Source: Tubulanus polymorphus (lineage: Eukaryota > Animalia > Nemertea). Taken from it: a stretch of 64,000 bases of DNA. Below, in pieces: positions 1 to 10,340 of this stretch. Both the position numbers and the translations under genes were made by a program. Within the stretch, counting starts at the first letter, position 1. Every line of letters begins with the position of its first letter. Location of the stretch: positions 5,182,914 to 5,246,913 of the forward strand of contig NC_134034.1 of assembly GCF_964204645.1 (NCBI RefSeq). Reading direction: 5' to 3'. The notes under the pieces are model-generated. The model was not told where the DNA came from. It saw only the letters and a list, made by a program, of their open reading frames with translations, and did not search any database.

Positions 1-1880
1 GCTGCGAGGACTAAATTTGCAGGGCACGGCCTCTGAATGCCATCTCCCTGGAAGAAGAAAATTAGAAAAACATTATATACAATGGTGATTGGGCGAAAAA
101 AAGGCTTTAAGAACGTAGATTATACCTCTTCTGCTTGTAGAACTGGTACGCTTTTTCAATTTCAGTTTCGTCGCGGTCTTCTTCGTTTTCCTTATTCTGT
201 TTGTTAGGTGAATTATCCTAATTGTATTAAACATTTTAACTTTTGAGAATTTAGAATTATTTAGGGGCAAACATATCAATATCACGAACTAACCTCATCG
301 ATGGGTATAGCATTGGCAATAAATGCCTCTTCAGGTAGTGATAAACAATTGTAGGGGTAAAGGCCTGTTGCACGAAACCCACTCACAATATTACTTGGAG
401 TAACAGAAGCAACCCATGCTTTGTTAAATAATCCAAAAAAATTTGCATGGCCGTCAATTACTCCAGGGTTATTTGACATAAGATCGGCACAGATCGTGTT
501 CCATGATATTTGAGTGGTCCGTACACAGATCTAGATATGAAATGAAAAAATTTAAAAAGGTCAATCCATTATTTATCATTGAATTCAAAATAGTATATTA
601 CATTTACTAATATTTATTGAATATTAGAACCGACCTGTCTAATGGTTGCATATACTTGCTCGAATGAGCGGGCATTTCCACAAGTATAACGCCATTCTCT
701 CTTGCATTCTCGATCAATTCCACAAAATTGTGGGAATTGTGACCATCGACAACTAGTATGTGTGGTCTTTCTTCACCAAGATTGCTAAGAAAAACTTCTC
801 GAAACCATAATTCCGCTATACCCTAGATGATATTTAGGTATGTGAATTTAGGTCTATTTAGAAAAGTTGATTGATATTTCATCAATACTGATAGGTCTAT
901 TTTTATTTGCCATAGGACATACCTGTTTCGTCCATCCAGTTTCTGAGACGCTTATTTTGCTTTGCCTGGGTGCATTTTGCAAATCATAGCCCATTAAGGA
1001 TGCTCTCGTTTTTCCTTTGCAGATAAAATGCGGTGGCAGGTGTTGCCCAGCCGCATTAACGCATCCGATAATTGTTATCATTTCTTTATTTCCACTTGTG
1101 CGGGTTGGAATGGTTTTCGATCCTTTCCTGTTCATTTCAATGTAAGTACATGTATAGGTTTTATTATTTAATAGCCTAGAAGTAGCAACTTCGAAAGGTC
1201 ATCGCAGGTATAAGATGTATTTAAACTTATTAGAAATTAATTCAATTATACAACGTTTGTACGAATCAAGTTTTTCTTTCATTTACATAATTCTTTCGAT
1301 GTCAACTATCTGGTATATGGAATTATTACCTGGCGACAACGAGTGGAGGACGAAAATCGAGTTGGATTCCAGTTTCATCCATATTCCATATTCTCCATGG
1401 TTCATCATGTAGATTGTTATCATCAAGAACAGTTTTGTATACCGCATAGAATTTTGCAAGTTTTTCAGGTGAAATGGCCTTGACTCTGAACTGTTATGTA
1501 GCATCTGGTTTACGGAGCGACAATTCAGGATGCCTCTTTTTCATGCCCTGCCACCAGCAATCGCTGGGCATTCCACCAGCGAACGGTGTCCCACTTTTAA
1601 TTGCAAGGTTTGTGGCGTAACGCAAAAAATTCGATTTGTTGAAACCTATTCCCATTGCAGCTCTATTGCAAGCATAATCGACCAATTCTTTTTCCAGATC
1701 CTTATTCAGGTAAGTTTTTCGACCTGCTGTACTGAATGGCTCCGTTCTTTTATGAACAACATCTTGAATCGTTGATCGTGGGACACCATACATTTTGCTG
1801 GCTGTTCGTATTGCCATTCCATTCCGGATGGCATCCAACGCATTTTGCTTCTGTGCGGCGGTGTATCGCACATAACTCAT
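1..1880 (-). pseudogene. Intron-containing pogo-family (DD35D) transposase, inactivated; continues beyond window start
   Basis: HTH_psq plus CENP-B HTH (YGVPRSTI..., WWQGMKKRHPELSLRKP). In-frame TAA at 1494-1496, then WNMDETG, VDGHNSH and QPLD|RSVYGPLK, with 35 aa between D2 and D3. Frame-restoring GT-AG introns at 1128-1329, 823-922, 531-634 and 48-293. One frameshift near 510. Confidence 0.9.
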
Positions 1881-2138
1881 ATTTGATAATTCTGTAAAAT
1901 CGAAAACTATTCATTATTGGTTATAATAAAGGCTTAAGAAATATACCTTATTTTGTTATTATGTTTATAATAAAGGCTTAAGAAATATTTAAAAATATTT
2001 TGTTATCTTTATGGGTTTCTATAAGAAGGAAGTCGTTTTTATTATTAGGCCTAGCTTTTATCTTGTTAAAAAATTTATTTAGATATTGATTGGATTAACT
2101 TGATTTTAGTTAAGTATTGAAATATGCTCAAGCCTAAC

Positions 2139-2223
2139 TGAAATTTCATTATGAAATTTTCATAGGTGAAATTTCATTATGAAGTTTTCCTAGGTGAAAT
2201 TTCATCATTGATGTTTTCCTAGG
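2139..2223. repeat. Tandem repeat, about 28 bp x3
   Basis: TGAAATTTCATTATGAA(A/G)TTTTC(A/C)TAGG repeated three times, the third copy degenerate. Confidence 0.8.
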
Positions 2224-2342
2224 ATAAAAAATGCCTGTCTAGAAAAGCTGTTTCAGCTAGTGATTTTCAATGTATGCTACACTATGCCTGACACGAACCG
2301 TCTGCACACTGACATAGATCGATCTGGTTCACTCGCTAAAAA

Positions 2343-3572
2343 CACAGGGGCTCGTATCAGAGTTGTAGGTAATGTAAAAACGATAATCTGTTAATCCAAT
2401 GTATATAGTATATATAAAATAACAAGGGGGCTAACGACGCTCACAAACTACTCAACTTCAGTCGCATACTTTTTCGTTATTTTTCATCCGATTTTGATAA
2501 TCCAGGCATGATATGAAAGCTAATACCTTCCTGCTTCTAACGAAACTAATCCCGTTAATTTCCGATGAATAGTTCGTGAATTATATGTCTTTGAACGCGA
2601 AATTAGGGCCGAAATCGCCTGGACCGAAAATGCTATGACGCCGGTTTTTGCCGATTTCGAAATTTGAAACGTTGAGTTCGACACGAAATCCTTCACCGAT
2701 TTTGATGATCGAGAGCTTCAAATGCGCAAAACATTCTATACTTTCTGGATATTGCGGTTGTTTCGTTAATCCATACGATCTTCCAGCTATGCAAACGCGA
2801 ATTTTCCGATTTTACGTCAATTCACGCACTCGACACGCGATCTCAAAATGGCGACCTTGAACTTGAACTAGCAACAGGTCCGCAGTGAATTTTATTTCGT
2901 AACAATTCAATCAAATAATGTTTTATCTGATTTAAGCTAGAATAAACACGATCAGGTTATAATAGATTCTGAATTTCACGTAAATATACACAGAAAATAA
3001 ATTGGAAATAAAATTCATTTCGGTTCTGCATTGCGCTAAGCATTGTGGGAGATGACAATCGCCATTTTTAGATCGCGCATGGAGTTCGTGAATTGACGTA
3101 AAATCGGAAAATTCGCGTTTTCAAAGCTGGAAGATCGCATGGATTAACGAATCAACCGCAATATTTAGGAAATATAGAGTGTTCTGCGCATTTGAAGTCC
3201 TCGATCATCAAAATCGGTGAAGGATTTCGTGTCGAACTCAACGTTTTAAATTTCGAAATCGACAAAAACCGGCGTCATAGCATTTTCGGTCCAGGCGATT
3301 TCGGCCCTAATTTCGCGTCCAAAGACATATAATTCACGAACTATTCATCGGAAATTAACGGGATTAGTTTCGTTAGAAGCAGGAAGGTATTAGCTTTCAT
3401 ATCATGCCTAGATTATCAAAATCGGATGAAAAATAACGAAAAAGTAAGCGACTGAAGTTGAGTAGTTTGTGAGCGTCGTTAGCCCCTTCTTGTTATTTTA
3501 TATATACTATATACATTGGATTAACAGATTATTGTTTTTACATTACCTAAAACTCTGATACGAGCCCCTGTG
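2343..3572. mobile_element. Foldback MITE with about 510-bp inverted arms (P-element-like ends)
   Basis: CACAGGGGCTCGTATCAGAG ... CTCTGATACGAGCCCCTGTG. Arms about 2343-2855 and 3059-3572 are near-identical inverted copies around a ~200-bp spacer. Flanks GCTAAAAA / GCTAAAAG match 7 of 8 bp. Confidence 0.85.
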
Positions 3573-4163
3573 GCTAAAAGTGGATTAATAAGTGATTTTA
3601 GGATTAGAAAACACTTTTTCAGGATTATGTGTGTTCACATTGAGGAATATATATCGATTAGATTAAACAGGTAAGTGTGAAATTGTATTTCTCTCCAACA
3701 TCGGCCCGGCCGAAATTGTAGTGAAATACTTCGTCAGTCGGTTCCGCGGGGGCCGAAATTGAAGTGAACAGTATGATCTTTGAAAACAACGGTATTTTTT
3801 AAATATGAAATTTTAACTAAAAATGCCGTTGTTTTTTTAAAGAATAGTTGCCCCCAATGCTATTAAGAGTGCTTAAAACATCAGTGAGCATGAGTACACT
3901 TTATTGATCGAGTAGATTTGGCTTACATTCTAATGATGTTTGTAGGTTAAATTTCCCGGAATCGCTGCAGACAGCTCAAGTGTTGATGACGTCATCAATA
4001 TCTCTCGGCGAATCAAAAAGCGCGATTTGGTGATTTCTAAACACTGCCACCTAACATTCCGGCTAGGCATTATCATTCATTGACTTACGTGATTTAGTAT
4101 ATAGCTCAATTAATTTGACGGCCGAAATTGAAGTAAAGGCCGAAATTAGAGTGAATTACCCTA

Positions 4164-5428
4164 TCCTCCTTTGTAAATACCCCGGCAAAGTAGGTGTTAA
4201 ACACCTCGACTTTTTCGTGGTTGGTTGCTGTTTTCTTAGTTGTACCGTTGATACTATACTCTTGGTCCGGGATATTACTTCTGGTGACTGTCTTCGATCT
4301 ACAGTATTTCAAGAAAGCCTTAGGATTTTTCTTTGCTTCTTTTGCAATGTTCTTCTCAAATTGCTTCATCGCTTTTCTGGTTTCCCTACGTGCAGCGTTA
4401 CTTGCTTGGGTATAGGTGTCATAATCTTCTTGTCTATGATGTCAGAGGTACTTGCTCCAGGCCTTGCGCTTATTTCTTATTTTACTCATTGTGTTGCGGT
4501 TCATCCACAGTGGAGACCGTGTGTTTTTTTGCCCAGCATTTTTGCTTGATGGTACAAACAAGTTTTCTGCTTCGATGATAGAGGATTTAATCTTTAACCA
4601 ACATTGTTCTACATCAAGTTCCTCCAAGTCGTTCACTGGTAAATCCTGTGTCAATTTCTCACTTATCTTTACAAAGTCACCTCGGTTATAATTCTTCCTA
4701 GTGCATCTATCTATTTTCAGCTTTTTCGGAGTCGAATTTAGGTTGAATCTCAGGCAAAGATGGTCACTTTTTCCTAATGGCGGGAGATATTGGGTGTTTT
4801 CAACCTCGTCGGATGAAAAAGTAAATACCAGGTCCAGTATATTCTTCTGTTGGTTAATTCTATGTCTAGTTGGCTGTAAGATGTTTTGTGTTGAAAAGGC
4901 ATCTTGACAGCTTTCTAAGAATTTTGAGGCTTCGTGGTTTACGGACCGTACTGCCGTTGACATGTTGTCCCAATTAATTTCCGGAAAATTGAAGTCCCCA
5001 CCGAGAAGGAGTTGGTACTCTCTCATATTTCCTAATCTCTTAATTGTATTGTGTAGCGCCTCATTGTTTTGATAATTGCTACTGGGACTTCCATACATGC
5101 ATCCCACTAACAGGGGCCTTTGAGATTTGTCCATTTCTATTTCAACCCAGATGGCTTCCTGGAATCCCACTCCTTCCAGCAGTTTTGAGTTAGGCTCAGT
5201 AGATTTTAGACATTTTTCACGTAAAGATCAATGCCTCTAACTCCCGGGTTTTCTACATTTGAGTATATGTCATAGTTCTCACTACCTTCGATCGAATATC
5301 ATGTTGTTATCGCACGGTTGGAAGCGTGTCGATTTTGGATTGTCTTCGGTGATGCACAGTAGGTCAGGTCTCTCCTTTTTTACTAATAGACTTAACTCCA
5401 ACTTTTTGTTCATCAGGCAGTCTGCTAA
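4164..5428 (-). pseudogene. CR1-group LINE ORF2 fragment (APE endonuclease and linker)
   Basis: PDLLCITE, LLVGCMY, GGDFNFPEINW, ILDLVFT, PPLGKSDH, NPKAFLKY and FNTYFAGVFTKE motifs, with frameshifts and stops. Confidence 0.88.
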
Positions 5429-6505
5429 AGATGTCCTGGAGGCTCCGACTTCCCTCCTCGGTCCCGGACCGAGTCCTCGGGGTATACGCGGGTTTCGTCG
5501 TCATCGTCATCGTCATGTACGAAAAGGAGGCTTGATAAGGCCTATAGCTGTAGCGGAAAACGGGGGCAAGGCGGTGCTGCCCTCTCTCTTCGAATATGGC
5601 GGTCGTTCTTCTGCTCGTCCCATAAATTCGTCGATATAATCGGCAACCATCTAATTTGTCAGGATGTCTAAACAGGTAAAAATCTTATCTTCTAAGCCCG
5701 CTACGGAGTTCGCTCACGTCGAATGATTTCTGGTAGTGAAATCAAAAAGGGAAATAACTAATATTTCGCCGCAAGGGATGATCCTCATGAGAAACCGAGA
5801 GAGATAAATATATAAAAATAGCCACGATATGAAAATTCTAATCTAGTGTATACAGATCGTGCACACCGAGCACGAATAACCTATTTTTCGGTATACGCTT
5901 ATTCTCTGCAACATGTCTCTTACATGCCCGCAAGGCCCTCAGTATATAAATCGGGTTGCCCACCCCGAATTATACCTGGATCTACCCTGGCCTACATTCG
6001 ATCGGTCTTTAGAATAATCTCGTAATCTTAAAACGGCCTGATACGAAAAGAATTGTTCCTCAGTCCTTGTTAGATTCTGACAATCACCAATAGAATAGTC
6101 TAAAGCTGCATATGAAATACTGTATGAAATTATTATTTAACGGTTTAGAATACTCTAATAATAGAGTACACCATATTTATATACATTATTTACAAATTTA
6201 CATTATTCCTAATAAAATATCGCTCTTTCAAAATCTAATTCGTTTCTTTTTAGTAGCTAGTGTTAAACCGTCTAAATATCCTGTCTTTAAAAATAAAGAC
6301 AAACGTACGACTGAGGTACGACGATACGTCTTTTACTACCGCGTATAACTAAGGGACTAAGATATTAATAAATATATCAGCAGAGCAAGCTGTCGATCAC
6401 GATTATCGTAAAAACGATAAAAGGAGACGGCTATATCTAACTGAATAGATATTATCGTAGAATTGATTACCGCGAACCAACTACGTGAATGGTCGGTCAG
6501 CCCGG

Positions 6506-7652
6506 CGGTGTTGTCATATCGCGGAAAGACGGAATCGCGGAATTTTCCAAAAACGCGGAATTTCTTCATTTTTACTATAAATAGTGAACGGGTTTTCCCA
6601 CGGGGATACCCACTGTCAGACAGGGCACCGGACCCAGCTTTTCAACACTGGGAATTAGTATTTGATAATTTATTATATCGCTAGTCGACAACTTAACGAT
6701 ACTGTTCCAAATAATGGAGAACCTAGGCAATACGTGCTTTGCGAATTCAGTGATACAGAGTATCGCTGCATTAACTGAATGAATACAAATCGATGGTACG
6801 TAAACGTAGGATTTGTGACACCATGGGTCATTCTCAAGGACTCACTTCCGAGTTAAGATTTGACTCTGGTCTCTGGATTTAAAACATTGGAAATGAATTG
6901 ATTCTAAGTGACTTAGAGTTAACTCACAACTGTGGAACTGTATCGATGTCAGACGAAAATAAATAGACATTATGTATATTTCATTCTGGTTTAGGATTGT
7001 TCATGCGTGTTGTGTGTCTACATTGTTGTTATAAGCGAAGAATGTGGTTTATCTTTTAGAATTAAATTATATGAAAGATTATAAAATGGTTTCGTTTTTT
7101 TAACGTTTACTTTGTGACTGCTATAACATATATGTTCCTATGCTGATTATTTGGATCAAAAGAATCTTATTCGTACCGGTACTGGACGACCGTAAAATTA
7201 TAATGATTTCAAAGGAATTGGAACCGGTACTTGTTTGGTCGTAGGATTTCGTGTTTGCAACCATCTACAACTACAGTCCGACACCGCGAACGTGCTCAAT
7301 ATTTATCTGATAATATTCGTTTCTGAAGTTCTCAAAAAGTCGATGAACTTCGATAGCCGAAGTTTGCCTAGTAGAAATAGACATTAGGTGCCTGGTCTCT
7401 TTCACCTCACTTGATTCTGACTTCTTCTACAGGTGGCAGCCAGTCAACGGTATCGTAATATAATGATTCCATATAAAATTGCCTGCAAATAATGGGATTC
7501 GAACCTTAGTCGTTGCATCGATCGGTCCGGTGCCCTGTCCGACAGTGGGTATCCCCGTGGGAAAACCCGTTTACTATTTAAAGTAAAAATGAAGAAATTC
7601 CGCGTTTTTGGAAAATTCCGCGATTCCGTCTTTCCGCGATATGACAACACCG
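6506..7652 (+). mobile_element. Mutator-type non-autonomous element, copy 1
   Basis: TIRs of about 125 bp (CGGTGTTGTCATATCGCGGAAAGACGG...). 9-bp TSD TCAGCCCGG at 6497-6505 and 7653-7661. A second, inverted copy lies at 53470-54585. Confidence 0.9.
6714..6795 (+). pseudogene. Ubiquitin-specific protease (peptidase C19) Cys-box exon fragment inside the MULE
   Basis: Translates MENLGNTCFANSVIQSIAALTE*IQID followed by G|GTACGT, a possible splice donor. Matches the USP Cys box NLGNTC(Y/F)xNSxxQ. Confidence 0.7.
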
Positions 7653-7814
7653 TCAGCCCGGCAAAAGACCGGAGCTGACCGACAAACCAACTAATGCTGG
7701 CTCAACTCCAGAACAGGTAAAAGTAGATCTGCGGGTTGGTTCCAACATTTTCACTGAGAAAAGTATTAATACGCGCAGATCGATAGAAAGAGTCACGTGA
7801 AGTAATTTTCAGAA

Positions 7815-8060
7815 GTCGGCAATCGGCAATCGGCAATCAGAAACCTGATAGTCGACCATTTCTCGGGTCGGCAGTCGGCAATCAGAAACTTGATTGTCGA
7901 CCATTTCTCGGGTCGGCAATCGGCAATCAGAAACTTGATTGTCGACCATTTCTCTGGTCGGCAATCGGCAATCAGAAACTATTATCACTAAAGTTCAATA
8001 GTTAAACAGGAAGATTGCCGACCCGAGAAATGGTCGACAATCGGCAACTTTAGTGATAAT
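7815..8060. repeat. Tandem array of about 45 bp (~3.5 units) plus inverted copies
   Basis: GTCGGCAATCGGCAATCAGAAACTTGATTGTCGACCATTTCTCGG units at 7815-7980. Inverted 30-mer at about 8013-8042. ATTATCACTAAAGTT / AACTTTAGTGATAAT inverted pair at 7981-7995 and 8046-8060. Confidence 0.85.
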
Positions 8061-8520
8061 TGTTGTTCATTTCTCTGAATGCAAATTCCTCACTGAACAA
8101 ATTGATGCGTAATAAAGGTAGATAAACCGATTATTAACAAAATTACGCACCAAAACGTCGCACGGAGAGCAGGTGTGAAAGACTTTTAGGCCTAGGCCTA
8201 GGTATTTTCAAAAAAATTCAAAATGGTGGAAATTATTTGTTTTGTAGCGTTTCTCTCCTGGGTAGCGTATCTTTTTTTATGCATATAATAAATGAAATAG
8301 GCAATATAATCGGGTGATACGAAAATATTGGGGGAAGTAATTTCTCCTCGGGGAAGAAAATATTAATTCTTATCTAAATTATAATCAGATAAAATATTCA
8401 GTCTTCTCATTCCATGATCAGGGCTCAGCGTCCTCGTAGGCGACTACCTGGCCAGGATTTCGCTCGAGTCCGAACCTTGTTCTCCCAACATCTACCGTTC
8501 TCTCCGTATGACTTTGTCAT

Positions 8521-8591
8521 GACTACCCCCGGATAAAGGCCGTCAGTCGATAAAAAGATTGAGGGTTCGAATCCTCGATTGGTGGTCTCCA
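8521..8591 (+). pseudogene. Degenerate tRNA-Arg-like sequence ending in CCA
   Basis: GACTACC / GGTGGTC forms a 7-bp acceptor stem, followed by T-CCA. GGATAA..GGC.GTC and AAGATTGAGGGTTCGAATCC resemble eukaryotic tRNA-Arg(TCG). D arm and anticodon arm are disrupted. Confidence 0.4.
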
Positions 8592-9156
8592 TCTAACTAC
8601 TGCCGATACGTCCCTGATCGAACTGGTCCTCTCATTGAGACGAATAATAATAATTGGCAGTAAGACAGAAAATAGCGGTGGAACTCCTCTCCTCGTTCAG
8701 AAAAGACGAAAACACAAGACTTATAAAATATAATATTTTATATAAAATTAGTAAGCATATCAAGAGCTGACGAACTTTTGGATTTAATAGGTCTCTCAAG
8801 TTGACAAAATTTACATCTAACTTTGGGCGCGTCTCGGAAATGTCTCGCGTGGGGAACGTCAAATCGTAAGTCACATTGTTCGGGCGTACGGTGAGAGAGA
8901 TTCGGGAAATTATAGCGACGATCTCAAATCATCATTCGGTCGCGATTAAAATGTAGACATATATACAATTGAAGTGAAATCGCCCGACCGACAGCGAATC
9001 AATACTGTCGTCGTTGAAAATGATGTGACGGTCGATACGCCCGGCAAATAGAATTACATATGTACAAAAATCGGCTCGACTAAACTAAAAAGAATTGATC
9101 ATGACTGTCCATCGCAGTGACGCTCTCGGTCGGTTGGTTTCGGTAGGAGACCGGAA

Positions 9157-9220
9157 AAATCAAACTCGGTCGAAACCAAACTGGGCCAGAATCAAACTAA
9201 GCCGAAATCAAACTTGGCCA
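9157..9220. repeat. 16-bp degenerate tandem repeat x4
   Basis: AAATCAAACTCGGTCG / AAACCAAACTGGGCCA / GAATCAAACTAAGCCG / AAATCAAACTTGGCCA, with a further isolated copy at about 9713-9728. Confidence 0.7.
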
Positions 9221-10340
9221 GACGATCGAAAAATATGTCTCTTCCTTCGGGTTGGACAAGATGACCATAGGCCTATCCTACCCGAAGGCAGGATAGGAAG
9301 GCGTCTCTTATCGCTTACATCTTTATAATTCGATTACGAGGTAGCTGGTTATAGGTTATCAATGCTCCGTGAGATCTATAAGCGATTCGATAAGTGATTC
9401 GAAGATCAGAATGACCGTCACCTTTTATAGAAATCCGGGGCGCTCATTGGCGCGTAGTGATATCACTACGCGCGAATTAGGCCAAGAGCGTGCGCTAAAT
9501 AGAACGCGAATAGAATAATTAAACAGGAAGATTAATACTCCCAGAGATAAAATATAATGAATACACGCGCTAAAAATACCAAAAGAATAAATTCGAAAGG
9601 ATGAAGGCGGAATTTGAAAATCAAATCCGAGTTTGATATCCGTGCGTAAGAATATCGAGCCGCCTAGCGGTGCGACAAGGCTCAACTCGTCGAGCGAGGA
9701 ACCGATGAAAACAAATCAAACTCGGTCAGCTGAGGCAATTCTAGGCATGTTCGGCGGCAATTGTCGGCCTGTCGTCAAATTTTTAAAATTTAGTAGAAAA
9801 CCTGTGAAAAATCCTTCAAATCATAAATCTGATGTTATAACAATATAAAACATTAGGTATTTCATATTAGAACACTATTCAATCAGGCAAGGGCTAGGCC
9901 ACATTTTTTTCATGGTTTACGGTTCCCTAAAAAATTTCCATTTGAAAATTTTGGAATTTTTTCCAATAATATTTTATTTATTACAACTTATGTCCGGCTT
10001 AGGTGGTCTGATACAATTTTATCTTTGTTTTGATTTGAGGCAATCGCCTTCGCCTGAAAAATGAAAATCTATCGCATGCTTGAAAAAGATACTTTCCTAA
10101 TTTAGGAAAGTATCTTTGTTAAGATGTCGAAAAATGTTGATATTTTTCTCTAATATCTTTATTTCAGGAGCAGAAGAGGCCAGAGAAAATGGGCCAAGAA
10201 AAGGGGGCACTTCGTCCACAAAGGCCATTCAGTAACAGTACCGTGACTGTTTTGGTTTCATTTTCATGTTTTGAAATTTAAGTATTTACAATAGATACAA
10301 TTCTGTTAATATATACTAGTGATTGATCGTTAGAACGAGC

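Larger units (their letters stand above)
1..4161 (-). mobile_element. pogo-type DNA transposon; 5' terminus at about 4161, inserted into a CR1 LINE
   Basis: Repeated GCCGAAATT(G/A)NAGT motif at about 3709, 3752, 4121 and 4139, ending ...GTGAATTACCC|TA (TA at 4162-4163). LINE coding sequence resumes immediately at 4164. The other end is outside the window, so the TIR pair is not confirmed. Confidence 0.6.

Noticed and set aside
6357-7650. Repeated short ORFs MLSYRGKTESRNF... / MKKFRVFGKF... (also at 53472-54758)
   Set aside because: These are translations of the MULE TIR, not genes.
8420-8660. Fibronectin type III-like peptide on the minus strand (VSAVVRWRPP...FYRLT)
   Set aside because: Short, interrupted by stops, and overlaps the tRNA-like sequence on the other strand; likely chance.
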